Shown here one piece after another: positions 1 to 10,183 of a stretch of DNA of 64,000 nucleotides; position 1 is the stretch's first letter; each line of letters begins with the position of its first letter. The DNA comes from an uncultured Chloroflexia bacterium (GTDB lineage: Bacteria; Chloroflexota; Limnocylindria; Limnocylindrales; CSP1-4): NCBI GenBank assembly GCA_963819655.1, contig CAWFXA010000003.1:800001-864000 (forward strand), in the 5' to 3' direction. A program made the position numbers and the translations under genes. The notes under the pieces are model-generated. The model worked only from the letters and a program-made list of their open reading frames with translations, was not told the origin of the DNA and did no database searches.

Positions 1-1
1 G

Positions 2-268
2 CACGGTTTCGTCGCCCGGTTGCGACGGCTCGTCTCTTTCACCGTGATGGACCAGCTCCCCGACATGGCCTGGTACGACGCCGCGATCCGGGCCGGCCAG
101 GTCGTCGTCATGGCGCGCATCCGGGGCGACGACCTGAAAGCGGAGGCCGTCCGGATCGTGCGCGAAAATGGGGGCCATTTCATCAACTATTACGGTCGGT
201 TCGCCACCGAAGAGATCGTCCGCTGGCAGGGCCCCGACCCGGAGGTCCACAGCCTGCTCAAGCGCTGA
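2..268 (+). CDS. hypothetical protein, 5' truncated by window edge
   Basis: Frame is open from position 2 to the stop at 268, with typical high-GC codon use. Convergent with and overlapping the next gene. Confidence 0.6.
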   Translation, partial: HGFVARLRRLVSFTVMDQLPDMAWYDAAIRAGQVVVMARIRGDDLKAEAVRIVRENGGHFINYYGRFATEEIVRWQGPDPEVHSLLKR

Positions 269-1463
269 CCGCGCGACCGCCCTGCCACACCGCGACAGGC
301 CGCGCGAGGGTCGTGAGCTCGGCGAGGGGGTCGCCGTCGACGAGCACCAGGTCGGCGAGCTTTCCCACCTCGACCGTCCCCGTGAGTCCATCGACGCCGA
401 GCAGCCGCGCCGCCGCCGACGTGGCCGCTTTGAGTGCGGCCATCGCCGACGCCCCGTGGTCGCGCAGAAGGACGATCTCGCGCCAGACCATGTCGGCCGT
501 CACGCCCACCTCGCCGGTATCCGTGCCGGTCGCTACCGGGATCCCGAGGCGGATCGCGGTCTCGGTCGAGATCCGATGGCGCCGCTCGATGAGGTCCTGG
601 CGTTCACGCTGGACCGCCGTCAGACCGGGCAGGGTCCGGTTCACATCGGTGACGACGAGCGTCGGGACCAGCCAGCCGCCTGAAGCGCCCAAGGCGTCGA
701 TCGCCGCCTCATCGGCGAGCCAGGCATGCTCCACGGACGTGACGCGAGCAGCGGCCGAGCGCCGGACCAATTCGCTGTCCTGGGCGTGACACATGACCCG
801 CAGCCCGAGTTCCGTGGCTGTCGTCACGATGGCCCGCAGGTCCTCAAGCGTCAGCTCGGGCGCACCGTGGACCATGGCCCCCGGGGCGAGGCCCGTCGTG
901 GTGAGCATCGCCGCTTCCGAGGCCACGACCTTCACGACGTCGGCGCCGCGGCTCACGACCTCCCGCGTGGCGGCGGCCAGGGCATCGGGTCCGTCGGCCT
1001 CGAGCCCGAACGCGGACCCGTGACCGCCGATCGCGCCCACGGCTGTGCCCGCCGCAACGATCCGCGGCCCGGCGACCTGCCCGGCGGCGATCGCGTCGCG
1101 GAGCCGGCACTCGAGGTTCCGGATCGAGCCCGCCCCGCGGGTCGTCGTGATCCCCGCACGCAACGCACGTCCGGCATGCCCGGCCGCCGCCTCGAGGATC
1201 AGGACATCCGGCCGTCGGGCGATCTCCTGGAGCGAGCCCTCGGTCGGGTCGAATGTGTAGTGCGCGTGCGCGTCGATCAGACCGGGGAGCAGCGTCCGAC
1301 CCGCTCCCTCGACGACCACGGTTCTGGCCGGATCCACCACCAGATCCGGATCGTGCGGGCCTATCGACGCGATCCGCTGACCCTCGACCAGGACATCGAT
1401 GTGGTCACGCGCAGCCTCGGCGACCCCGTCGATCAACCGGACACCGCGCACGAGGATGCTCAC
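258..1463 (-). CDS. metal-dependent amidohydrolase (Xaa-Pro dipeptidase-like)
   Basis: Motifs PGLIDAHAH, DVVKV, HAQ, VEH, GTD and C-terminal GKLADLVLVDGDP. Confidence 0.9.
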   Translation of the reverse strand: MSILVRGVRLIDGVAEAARDHIDVLVEGQRIASIGPHDPDLVVDPARTVVVEGAGRTLLPGLIDAHAHYTFDPTEGSLQEIARRPDVLILEAAAGHAGRALRAGITTTRGAGSIRNLECRLRDAIAAGQVAGPRIVAAGTAVGAIGGHGSAFGLEADGPDALAAATREVVSRGADVVKVVASEAAMLTTTGLAPGAMVHGAPELTLEDLRAIVTTATELGLRVMCHAQDSELVRRSAAARVTSVEHAWLADEAAIDALGASGGWLVPTLVVTDVNRTLPGLTAVQRERQDLIERRHRISTETAIRLGIPVATGTDTGEVGVTADMVWREIVLLRDHGASAMAALKAATSAAARLLGVDGLTGTVEVGKLADLVLVDGDPLAELTTLARPVAVWQGGRAVSA

Positions 1464-1524
1464 TTCGACAGCCTATCCGCCCGCGTCCGCTGCACGCTGG
1501 ACGACGGCGTCCTAGACTCCGCTG

Positions 1525-2100
1525 ATGTTCAGTCGCATCTTCGGACCAGGTCGCGAGCACGAGCAGGCAGCCGAGCTCGGGACCGCGGCATTCGATGCCG
1601 CCGCAGCGGCCGGCGACACCGCCACCGTCCGGCGCATCGTGGCGCGCCTCGAGCAGCTTCCCGCCGAGCAGGCCCGCCTCGTGGCTTCGGCTGCCTACAC
1701 CCTGGCGCGAGCTGCCCACGCCGACCTCGAGATCAGCGATGAGGAAACGGCCGTCATCGAGCACGAGCTGCAGGCCCACGAGGCGCTCGACGAGGCGACC
1801 GCTGTGCTCGTCACCGAGATGGCTAAGCTGCAGGCGAAGACAGTCGGTGGGACCGAGGACTACGTCGTGACACGCGAGTTCACGGCCCTGGCCACGGAGC
1901 AGCAGCGGATCGACGTGCTCCGCGCCTGTTTCGCCGTCGGTGCCGCGAGCGGGACGATCTCCGCCGAGGAATCCGCGGAGCTCAATCAGATCGGGAAGGA
2001 GCTCGGGCTCGATCCCGACATCGTGAGCGCCGTCCGGGCCGACTTCCACGAGCGCCTGTCATCCGTCCAGACCGTCCGGCGGATCGCCCAGGGTCGATGA
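1525..2100 (+). CDS. TerB-family (tellurite-resistance-like) protein
   Basis: Two TerB-like motifs: AHADLEISDEE and AASGTISAEE...IGKELGL. Confidence 0.75.
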   Translation: MFSRIFGPGREHEQAAELGTAAFDAAAAAGDTATVRRIVARLEQLPAEQARLVASAAYTLARAAHADLEISDEETAVIEHELQAHEALDEATAVLVTEMAKLQAKTVGGTEDYVVTREFTALATEQQRIDVLRACFAVGAASGTISAEESAELNQIGKELGLDPDIVSAVRADFHERLSSVQTVRRIAQGR

Positions 2101-2519
2101 CGGTCCGCTCCGGGGGCACGGCCCTTCGCGGTGCCGCGCTCCTCGGGTCGGTGGCGTTCATGCTCGCCGCCTGTGGCGGCGGGAATGGCTCCCCCGATGC
2201 TGGCGCACGCGTGGTCGTCACGTTCGAGGTCATCGACGAGCGCTTCAAGGTGCTCCTGACCGACCCGGCCGACATCCTGAACGCCCGGCGGCTCCTTGCC
2301 GTCGAGGACGTCCCGAGCATCCCGAACGGGCGGGTCCTTCGTGAGACCGGTGTCAACGACGGCTACAGCTGGTCGATCGACCCAAACGACATCGAGTTCG
2401 CGGCCGAGACCATCGAGGTGTGCGACGGCCTCCCGTCCGACGTCGAGTCGGGCGCCATCACCGGCGATCGCTATTGCCCGTGGTCGGCGGTCGTCGTCGC
2501 CGTCGAGCCCGCGGGCTGA
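2097..2519 (+). CDS. lipoprotein, BP74-like domain
   Basis: Lipobox LAAC; YSWSIDP...FAAETIEVCDG...YCPW pattern; ATGA overlap with the upstream gene. Confidence 0.65.
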   Translation: MTVRSGGTALRGAALLGSVAFMLAACGGGNGSPDAGARVVVTFEVIDERFKVLLTDPADILNARRLLAVEDVPSIPNGRVLRETGVNDGYSWSIDPNDIEFAAETIEVCDGLPSDVESGAITGDRYCPWSAVVVAVEPAG

Positions 2520-2531
2520 GTCGGGCCTGCG

Positions 2532-5500
2532 TCAGGCGCTCGCGAGTCGCAGCTCGACGAGCCCGTCACCCAGCTGCCGGCGGACCTCGGCCAGCAGCTC
2601 CGTGTCGTAGGCCACGCCCAAGCGCAACTCCATCGGCCGGGCCTGCCCGCCGCCGGGCATCGGGACGTGGAGCACGACCTTCGTCCCACCCGGTCGATCG
2701 CGCAGGAGCACTTTCACCGTCTCCATGGCCCGAACCAGGCGATCGGGGCCCGCAGTGCCTTCGAACCGGACGTGCAGGACGGCCTGCGGCCCCGCCGCGA
2801 CCGGCGCATCGGCCGTTGCGTCGCTGACGATGCGCGCCCTGGCCTCGTCCGGGACGGATGGCTCGTCATGGCTGTCGTCGTCGACCACGCCGGCGATCGC
2901 TCCGGGGGCCTCGAGGTAGGTCGGGACGGGCTCTCCGGGCTGGATCCGCGGCATCGCCTCAGGCAGCGTGCCCGACCCGTTGCCCAGCGCGTCACCGCGC
3001 CGGGGTGAGACGAACGCCGCCGCGGGCGCGGCGCCCGCCGACGGCCCCACCTCCGCGGGCGAGGGCGATCGCCCCGCGCCAGGACCGACCGCGACCGGCG
3101 TGCGGCGGAACGAGCCGTTGCGGCCGCCCCGGTCACCAGCGGCCACGTCCCGGGCGAACTCCTCGGGACCGCGCGTGGCGGCATCGTCCCAATCGGCGAC
3201 GAGATCGGCGAGCAGCGAGACCTCCTCGCCCTTGTGGTCGATCCGTCCGGCGATCAGCAGGATCGCCCCGTCGCGCAGCAGAGGCCGCGTCGTCTCGTAC
3301 AGCCTGGGGAACACGACGACTTCGATCGAGCCCTGCATATCCTCGAGGGTGACGATCGCCATCGACTCCTGGCGCTTCGTGATGACCGTGCGCAGCCCGG
3401 TCACGATCCCACCGACGACCACGCGCTGCCCGTCGAGTGTCTCGTCCTTGAGATCGCCGGAGTAGGCGTTCACGAAGCGGCCGACCTGCTCCGCGACCTC
3501 CCCCATCGGGTGCTCCGAGAGGTAGAGCCCGAGCAGCTCCTTCTCCTTTCGGAGACGCTCGCGACGCGGAGCCTCCGGCCGTGCGGGCAGGGCTTCGTCC
3601 GGAGCCTCCGCGAAGAGAAGATCAAAAGCCGAGATCTGCCCGGTGGCCTGTTGCTGCTGGACGGCCTGCGCGGACGGCACGATCGTCCCGAGCGCCTCGA
3701 TGATCTGCACCGGGTGACCGAACTGCGACAGGGCCCCGACCCAGGCGAGCGCCTCGATGACCCGCGAGTTGACCAGCCGCAGGTCGACCCGCTCGCAGAA
3801 GTCGCGGAGCGACCGGAAACGACCCCCGGCTTCGCGCGCCGCGATGATCCGTTCGATCGCGCTCTGGCCGACGTTCTTCACCGCCAGCAACCCGAACCGG
3901 ATCGCGTCGCCCTCGACGGTGAATTCCAGATGGCTCGCGTGGACGTCCGGCGGGCGGACCTCGATGCCCATGCGCCGGCACTCCGCGACCGCCGCGGCGA
4001 CCTTCTCCTCGTTCGCGCGGAAGGCGGTCAGCACAGCCGCCATGTAATCGACCGTGTGGTTCGCCTTCAGGTAGGCGGTCTGATAGGCGATCAGCCCGTA
4101 ACACGTGGCGTGTGCCTTGTTGAACCCGTACCGCTCGAACGGCTCGAACGCGGTGAACACCGCGTCGATGACCCCGGGCTCGACGCCACGCTCCGCCGCC
4201 TGGCTGACGAACTTCTCCTTCTGGGCACGCAGCACGCTCGACTTCTTCTTGCGGATGGCGTAGCCGAGGGTGTCCGCCTCGGGACCAGTGAATCCACCGA
4301 GGGCGATGGCCGCGGCCATGATGTCCTCCTGGTAGACGAAGATCCCGTACGTTTTCTCGAGGTAGGGCTCGAGCAGCGGGTGGAGGTACGTCACCGGCTC
4401 CTGGCCGTGCTTGCGCCGGATATAGGCGGGGATGTTGTCCATCGGCCCGGGCCGGTAGAGAGCAACCATGGCCGCTAGGTCGTAGACCGATGTCGGGCGA
4501 AGCTCCCGGATGTAGCGGCGCATGCCGGCCGACTCCAGCTGGAAGATGCCGGTCGTCTCACCCGAGGCCAGCAGCTCGAACGTGGCGGCGTCGTCGAGCG
4601 GGATCGCGTCGAGGTCGATCGTGATGCCGCGGTTGTCGCGCACCAGGTCGACCGCCTGGCGCAGGATCGTCAGGTTCGACAGGCCGAGGAAATCGAACTT
4701 GAGCAGCCCGAGGGCCTCGATGGCATGCATCTCGTACTGCGTCATGAGCGAGTCCGAGTTCGTCGCCTTCTGGAGCGGCATGAGCTCGGTCAGCGGCTCG
4801 CGCGAGATGACGACCCCGGCGGCGTGGGTCGAGGCGTTGCGGGCGACCCCTTCCAGATGGCGCGCGAAGTCGATGACCCGCTTGATGGCCGGATCGCCGT
4901 CGACCTGCTCGCGCAGGGCCGGGCTGATCTCGAGCGCCTCATCGAGCCTGATGCCGAGCTGGTTCGGGACGGCCTTCGCGACGCGGTCGACCTCGCCGTA
5001 GCTGTGGCCCAGCACGCGCCCGACGTCGCGGATCGCCGCGCGCGCGAGCATCGTGCCGAACGTGATGATCTGGGCCACGTGGTCCTGGCCGTATTTGCGC
5101 CCGACGTAGGCGATGACCTCGTCTCGCCGTCCGTCCTCGAAGTCGACGTCGATGTCGGGCATCGTCACCCGGTCCGGGTTCAGGAACCGCTCGAACGGGA
5201 GCTGGTACAGGATCGGGTCCACCGGCGTGATGCCGAGCGTGTAGGTGACGATGCTGCCCGGCGCCGAGCCCCGGCACGTCGTCTGGATGCCCTGCTCCCG
5301 CGCGAACGCGATGAAGTCGGCCACGATCAGGAAGTAGCCGGCGTAGCCCATCGAGGTGATGACGCCGAGCTCGTAGTCGAGGCGCTGCTGGAGCTCCGGC
5401 GTGACGGTCCCATAGCGCCGTTCGAGACCGGTCTGGCACTCCTTCCGCAGCCACGACTCGACGGTCTCCCCGTCCGGGACCGGGAAATGCGGGATCCGCA

Positions 5501-6353
5501 ACTGGCCGAGCGGCAGCGTGAGGTCGGTCATCTCCGCGATGCGTCGGCTGTTCAGGATCGCATCGTGCTGGTCCGGGAAGAGCGCGCCCATCTGCGCGGC
5601 GGACTTCACGTAGAACTCGTGCGTCTCGAACTTGAGCCGACCCGGCGTGTCGAGGTTGTTGCCCGTGCCGACGCAGAGCAGCACGTCGTGTGCATCGGAC
5701 TGGTCGGCGCGAACGTAGTGCAGGTCGTTCGTCACCACGAGCGGCAGCCCGACCTCGGGTGCGAGGCGCAGCAGCTGGCCGTTGAGCCTGGCCTGCTCGG
5801 GCAGCCCGTGGTCCTGGAGCTCGAGGAAGAACCCGTCGGGCCCGAAGATGTCGCGGTACTCGCCCGCGACATTGCGAGCGAGCTCCAGATCGTCGACCTC
5901 CAGCGCCTTGGCGACCTCGCCACCGAGGCAGGCGGACAGGCCGATCAGGCCCTCGCTGTACCGGGCGAGATGCTCACGGTCGATGCGCGGCCGGTAATAG
6001 TAGCCGTCCACATGGGCGTCGGTGACGAGACGACACAAGTTCTGGTAGCCGGCGTAGTCGCGCGCCAGCAGGATCAGGTGAAAGGGCTGGCTGTCGGCCT
6101 TGCCCTCCTTGGAGGTCATCGACCGCGGTGCGACGTAGGTCTCGACGCCGATGATCGGCTTGATGCCCTTGGTCCGCGCCGCCTGGTAGAAGGCGACTGC
6201 GCCGTAGAGAGCGCCGTGGTCGGTCAGCGCCATCGCGTCCATGCCCTGGGCGGCCGCCGCATCGACCAGCTCCGTGATCCGGCCGAGGCCGTCCAGGAGG
6301 CTGAATTCGGAATGGACGTGGAGGTGGGTGAAGTCGTTCGGCGCGAGGGTCAC
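2532..6353 (-). CDS. dnaE: DNA polymerase III subunit alpha
   Basis: PHP domain HLHVHSEFSLLDG; RGSAPGS; FERFLNPDR; PDIDVDF; FNKAH; C-terminal OB fold. Confidence 0.97.
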   Translation of the reverse strand: MTLAPNDFTHLHVHSEFSLLDGLGRITELVDAAAAQGMDAMALTDHGALYGAVAFYQAARTKGIKPIIGVETYVAPRSMTSKEGKADSQPFHLILLARDYAGYQNLCRLVTDAHVDGYYYRPRIDREHLARYSEGLIGLSACLGGEVAKALEVDDLELARNVAGEYRDIFGPDGFFLELQDHGLPEQARLNGQLLRLAPEVGLPLVVTNDLHYVRADQSDAHDVLLCVGTGNNLDTPGRLKFETHEFYVKSAAQMGALFPDQHDAILNSRRIAEMTDLTLPLGQLRIPHFPVPDGETVESWLRKECQTGLERRYGTVTPELQQRLDYELGVITSMGYAGYFLIVADFIAFAREQGIQTTCRGSAPGSIVTYTLGITPVDPILYQLPFERFLNPDRVTMPDIDVDFEDGRRDEVIAYVGRKYGQDHVAQIITFGTMLARAAIRDVGRVLGHSYGEVDRVAKAVPNQLGIRLDEALEISPALREQVDGDPAIKRVIDFARHLEGVARNASTHAAGVVISREPLTELMPLQKATNSDSLMTQYEMHAIEALGLLKFDFLGLSNLTILRQAVDLVRDNRGITIDLDAIPLDDAATFELLASGETTGIFQLESAGMRRYIRELRPTSVYDLAAMVALYRPGPMDNIPAYIRRKHGQEPVTYLHPLLEPYLEKTYGIFVYQEDIMAAAIALGGFTGPEADTLGYAIRKKKSSVLRAQKEKFVSQAAERGVEPGVIDAVFTAFEPFERYGFNKAHATCYGLIAYQTAYLKANHTVDYMAAVLTAFRANEEKVAAAVAECRRMGIEVRPPDVHASHLEFTVEGDAIRFGLLAVKNVGQSAIERIIAAREAGGRFRSLRDFCERVDLRLVNSRVIEALAWVGALSQFGHPVQIIEALGTIVPSAQAVQQQQATGQISAFDLLFAEAPDEALPARPEAPRRERLRKEKELLGLYLSEHPMGEVAEQVGRFVNAYSGDLKDETLDGQRVVVGGIVTGLRTVITKRQESMAIVTLEDMQGSIEVVVFPRLYETTRPLLRDGAILLIAGRIDHKGEEVSLLADLVADWDDAATRGPEEFARDVAAGDRGGRNGSFRRTPVAVGPGAGRSPSPAEVGPSAGAAPAAAFVSPRRGDALGNGSGTLPEAMPRIQPGEPVPTYLEAPGAIAGVVDDDSHDEPSVPDEARARIVSDATADAPVAAGPQAVLHVRFEGTAGPDRLVRAMETVKVLLRDRPGGTKVVLHVPMPGGGQARPMELRLGVAYDTELLAEVRRQLGDGLVELRLASA

Positions 6354-6400
6354 GGAGTGCCAAGTCTACCGGGCGTCGGGCCGTCCGGCGGAACCATCGA

Positions 6401-9400
6401 TCAGATGGGACAGACGAACCGAACCCCGAAGGCCGGCCGCCTCAGGCCCGACCAGCTTGCCGCCATCGCGACCGGGTACGACGAACCCGGAGCCGCCGCA
6501 GCGAGGACCGCATCGGTGGCGCTGGCGACCGGCGTGGGCATGCTGCCGCTGCCGATCAGCACGTCGTCGACGGTGAGGTTGACGGCCGTCGCGTTCGTGG
6601 CGCCGAGCCGGAAACGGTCGGCCGAGGTCGTCCACGACCCGGTCGTCATGCGCGCGAACGGGGTCCCGAACGTCGCCCCGTCGGCGACGACCCACGCCTC
6701 GAGCACGGCGTTGCCACCGGTCCCGCGGGTCTGGTGGAGGCCGATGCGGTAGGTCGATCCGACCTGCAGCGTGCTGGACTCGGCGCCGATCGCGGTCGAG
6801 CCGTTCCGGAGGCGCAGTCGACCCGTCGAGCTGAGCGTCAGGTTCCCGCTCGTCACGCCGGCGTTCGAGAGCAAGAAGACGCGCGGCGACCCCGACGGCA
6901 GGGCAACGACGCGGAGTCGGAGCGTCAGGAACGTGTCGGCCGTCGCCGGGAACGCCTCCTGGAGATAGCCGGTCGTGTTGGCGAAGCGGGCCGAGGCGGT
7001 GCCATGGATCGGCAACGAGGTCTCGAGCGTGACGGTGCCGGTCCCACTGTCGACGCCGGTCGTCGGGTCGAGCAGACCGCCCTCGAACGTGATGTCCCGG
7101 AGGTTCGTGGCGCCCGGCGGCGGCGGGGTCGGGGTGGGCGTCGGCGTCGGGGTCGGGGTGGGCGTCGGCGTCGGGGTCGGTGTCGGCGTGGGGGTCGGTG
7201 TCGGGGTCGGCGTCGGGGTCGGCGTCGGACCGGGTCCACCACCGACATCCACGATGAGCTGCGGCGAAGAGGTCGACTCCCCGCTGGCGTAGTACACGCT
7301 GTTGGTATTGCCGGCCACGACGACGAGCGCGAGCGATCCGTCGGCGGCGACCGTGCCCGGCGGCAGCGTCACGTCGACCGCTTGCCCGGCGGTGACGGCG
7401 CCGATCGTCGCAAGGGCCGGACCCACCGGTGCCGGTGCGTTGTTCCAGGTGATCCCGGTCTCGGTCCAGGCGGTGCTCGTCGCGTACACCGCGCCGCCGT
7501 GCGGCCCTGCATCCGTAACGTTGAGCCGCAGCTTCACGCCCGTCACAGAACGGCCTGCCAGGCCCGTGACGTCGAACCGGACATAGCTCGAATACGTGAT
7601 CGTGTTGGACGCGTTCCCGAGCCGGAGTCGGAGGGACGGGTCGTGTCCGTAGTTCTTTGTGGGATTGGCGTTGGCGACATACGCGTCGGCGACCGATGAG
7701 AACGGAAGCGACGCACCGGAGTTGTCCGGCGCGAGGTTGAAGTTGAGCGTCGCGTAGCTGCCGCCGTTGATCAGCGCTGTCCCGCTGCCAGTGAGGTGTC
7801 CGGCCGCAGTCGCGGTCACGCTGTAGCTCCCCGGCGGAAGGTCGATGCGATAGCGACCCTGGGCGTCGGTCGTCGTCGTCTGGCCGGTGTCGACCGAAAC
7901 GGTCGCACCGGCGAGCGCCTCCGTCGTCACCGCGTCGAATACCTCGCCGGCCACCCACGTCGTCGTTGGCACAAGCTGGACATCGAGACTCGTGGTGCCA
8001 CCGTCCACGACCGTGACACTCCGTGTCGTCGTGACGTAGCCGGATGCCGCGAAGGTCAGGTCGTTCGCGCCGGCTGGAAGCCCCGCGACACGGTAATCGC
8101 CGGACGCATCGGTGACTGTGACACCGCCCGGGTAACCGACCGTCACCCCGGCGAGCGCGCTGCCCGTGGTCGTCGACGTCACCCGGCCGGCAACGTCGCC
8201 CGGGCGTGCCATCGCGACGTTGAGCGTCGAGGTCCCGCCGCCGGTGACCGTGACCTGGCGGACCTCGCTGGCATAGCCGGCGGCCTGGAACGTCACCTGG
8301 GCATCGCCGGCCGGGACGCCGGTGAGCGTGTACTGACCGGAGCCGTTCGTCGTCGTCGATCGCGCTGCCGTCGATGCCGAGACGCCGGCGAGCGGGGCAC
8401 CGGTCGCGGCGGCAGTGACGGTGCCCGAGATCGAGCCGGGCTGAAGGCTGGCGGACGTGCCCACCCGGATCCACGACGCCACCGATGGCACGCCAGCGCT
8501 GTTCTTGAGCACGAGCATGTAGTCGCCCGGTGGCGCCAGGCCGCCCGACGCCGGTGCGGTCGCGGTCAATGTGTTGCCCGAACGCGTGAACGCCAGCGGG
8601 ACGTAGCGCTGGTTCATGTCGAGGGCGTGAGTGGCGGCCGTCGGACGCATCAACGTCACGGACGTGATCCCGGCCGCGTCCGGGGTCGTGATCGCGAAGG
8701 TCGTGCCATAGGCGGCTATGCCGGGCGCCGACGCGATCGCGGGCCGCGCGCCCTTGAACAGGTACGGCGGCGAATACACCTGGGCGCGCAGTCGGCCGCT
8801 CGCCTCTCCGCCGCCGACGACGACCCGCCCGTCGGGCAGGAGCACAGCGGAGGAGTGGTACATCCTCGCCTCCCCCATGGAGGCGACCGTGGTCCAGGCC
8901 TCTGTCGTGGGGTCCCAGATCTCGCCCTGGAGGATCGCCGCAGACTCGCTGTCGGCCTGACCCGTCCCGCCGATCGCCATCACGGTGCCATCGGCGAGGA
9001 TCGTGAGGTTCAGCCGCCGTCGGGCGAAGGCCATCGACGCGATCTGGCGCCAGGCCGGGTTAGCCGCCGTCATGTCGACGACCGCGGCGGTCGCCCGGGC
9101 CGGGTCGCCGCCACCGGCCCGCAGGATCCTGCCCGGCAGGTACATCACCGCCGATTCCGAATAGCTGCTCGTCGACCACGGAGCGGTCGGTCCGCTCGCC
9201 CAGCTGCCGAGACCCGCCGTGTTCATCGTGGCGGTCGCCGACCCCGATCCAGCCTCGTACACCCGACCGTTCGGCAGCACGAACATGAACGGATACAGCA
9301 ACTGATCGCGCGTCGCTCCGGTCATCCGGGTCCACGTGTTCGCGACCGGGTCGTACACCTCGGGCACGTTCGATCGCGTGCCGTCCGGAGCATCGCCCGA

Positions 9401-9967
9401 GGCGGCCAGGACACGACCGTCGGCCAGCGTCGTGCTTGTCGCGTACCAGCGGCGATCGGTCATGTCCGCGCCTTCGGTCCAGGTCTGGGTCACCGGATCG
9501 AAGAGTGCCGTGACGTTGATCCCGTTGTGGATCGCGCCATCCTGACCGCCGACGACGATCACCCGACCGTCGGCCAGCGTCGACTGGCCGGCACAATGCA
9601 GATCGCCGAACGTGGCAGGCGCCAGGGTGAACGTCCCGGTCGACGGATCCCACACCCGCGCGTTGTCGCCGGTCGACCAGACGAGCACCTTGCCGGTCGA
9701 CAGGGTCACCATGTGCTTGGCCTGGACACCCCAGTCGAGAACGGGTCCCCACGCACCCGAATCGGATTCGGCCGCAACGGCCGCCGGGGCCGAGGAAGGC
9801 CCGGGTTGCGGAGCCGTCAACGGCGCCGGCGAGGCGTCGGTCGCCGTCGCGGCCGGCGTGGCGGCGCGGACAGGCGTGGTCGCGGAGGGCGTCCAGGCGA
9901 CACCCAACACGACGAGACAGACGGCGACTGCAACCGCGGCGCGCGCGCCGACGCGGCGTCCAGGCAA
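6401..9967 (-). CDS. secreted galactose-oxidase/GlxA-like (AA5) copper radical oxidase with carboxypeptidase-regulatory-like repeats, DNRLRE-like module, PT linker and C-terminal beta-sandwich
   Basis: Signal peptide; kelch repeats; LHCAG, RWY, RMYHS, YSPPYL, ATH and APPGDYML motifs; repeated ISGTV...G.Y.L units. Confidence 0.85.
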   Translation of the reverse strand: MPGRRVGARAAVAVAVCLVVLGVAWTPSATTPVRAATPAATATDASPAPLTAPQPGPSSAPAAVAAESDSGAWGPVLDWGVQAKHMVTLSTGKVLVWSTGDNARVWDPSTGTFTLAPATFGDLHCAGQSTLADGRVIVVGGQDGAIHNGINVTALFDPVTQTWTEGADMTDRRWYATSTTLADGRVLAASGDAPDGTRSNVPEVYDPVANTWTRMTGATRDQLLYPFMFVLPNGRVYEAGSGSATATMNTAGLGSWASGPTAPWSTSSYSESAVMYLPGRILRAGGGDPARATAAVVDMTAANPAWRQIASMAFARRRLNLTILADGTVMAIGGTGQADSESAAILQGEIWDPTTEAWTTVASMGEARMYHSSAVLLPDGRVVVGGGEASGRLRAQVYSPPYLFKGARPAIASAPGIAAYGTTFAITTPDAAGITSVTLMRPTAATHALDMNQRYVPLAFTRSGNTLTATAPASGGLAPPGDYMLVLKNSAGVPSVASWIRVGTSASLQPGSISGTVTAAATGAPLAGVSASTAARSTTTNGSGQYTLTGVPAGDAQVTFQAAGYASEVRQVTVTGGGTSTLNVAMARPGDVAGRVTSTTTGSALAGVTVGYPGGVTVTDASGDYRVAGLPAGANDLTFAASGYVTTTRSVTVVDGGTTSLDVQLVPTTTWVAGEVFDAVTTEALAGATVSVDTGQTTTTDAQGRYRIDLPPGSYSVTATAAGHLTGSGTALINGGSYATLNFNLAPDNSGASLPFSSVADAYVANANPTKNYGHDPSLRLRLGNASNTITYSSYVRFDVTGLAGRSVTGVKLRLNVTDAGPHGGAVYATSTAWTETGITWNNAPAPVGPALATIGAVTAGQAVDVTLPPGTVAADGSLALVVVAGNTNSVYYASGESTSSPQLIVDVGGGPGPTPTPTPTPTPTPTPTPTPTPTPTPTPTPTPTPTPPPPGATNLRDITFEGGLLDPTTGVDSGTGTVTLETSLPIHGTASARFANTTGYLQEAFPATADTFLTLRLRVVALPSGSPRVFLLSNAGVTSGNLTLSSTGRLRLRNGSTAIGAESSTLQVGSTYRIGLHQTRGTGGNAVLEAWVVADGATFGTPFARMTTGSWTTSADRFRLGATNATAVNLTVDDVLIGSGSMPTPVASATDAVLAAAAPGSSYPVAMAASWSGLRRPAFGVRFVCPI
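7121..7228 (-). repeat. coding (Pro-Thr)n linker repeat
   Basis: Degenerate 6-bp tandem repeat encoding PTPTPT... inside the oxidase gene. Confidence 0.9.
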
Positions 9968-10183
9968 TGTGACGGATCCCCCCAGTGCACCGGAGTCCCC
10001 TTCTTGGGGCCCCGATGCATCAGAGCCTATCCGGCCGCATCATCGCTGCGTTATCGAAACGGTCATTGATGGTGCTGGGGGACACCGAAATCATCAGATG
10101 ACCAGGCCAGCCGCACGGGCCACCCGCATATCGACCGGGGGCGTCAGACTCTGCATCGACGTCTCGACAAGGAGGGATCACAC

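Noticed and set aside
2532-6353. Intein or foreign domain in DnaE
   Set aside because: No intein motifs were seen; the extra length is a low-complexity Pro/Ala linker before the C-terminal domain.
4725-6752. Long antisense ORFs (also 7796-10069, 32614-34221, 40604-42331, 48971-50740)
   Set aside because: Shadow frames of real genes in high-GC DNA, with no recognisable motifs.
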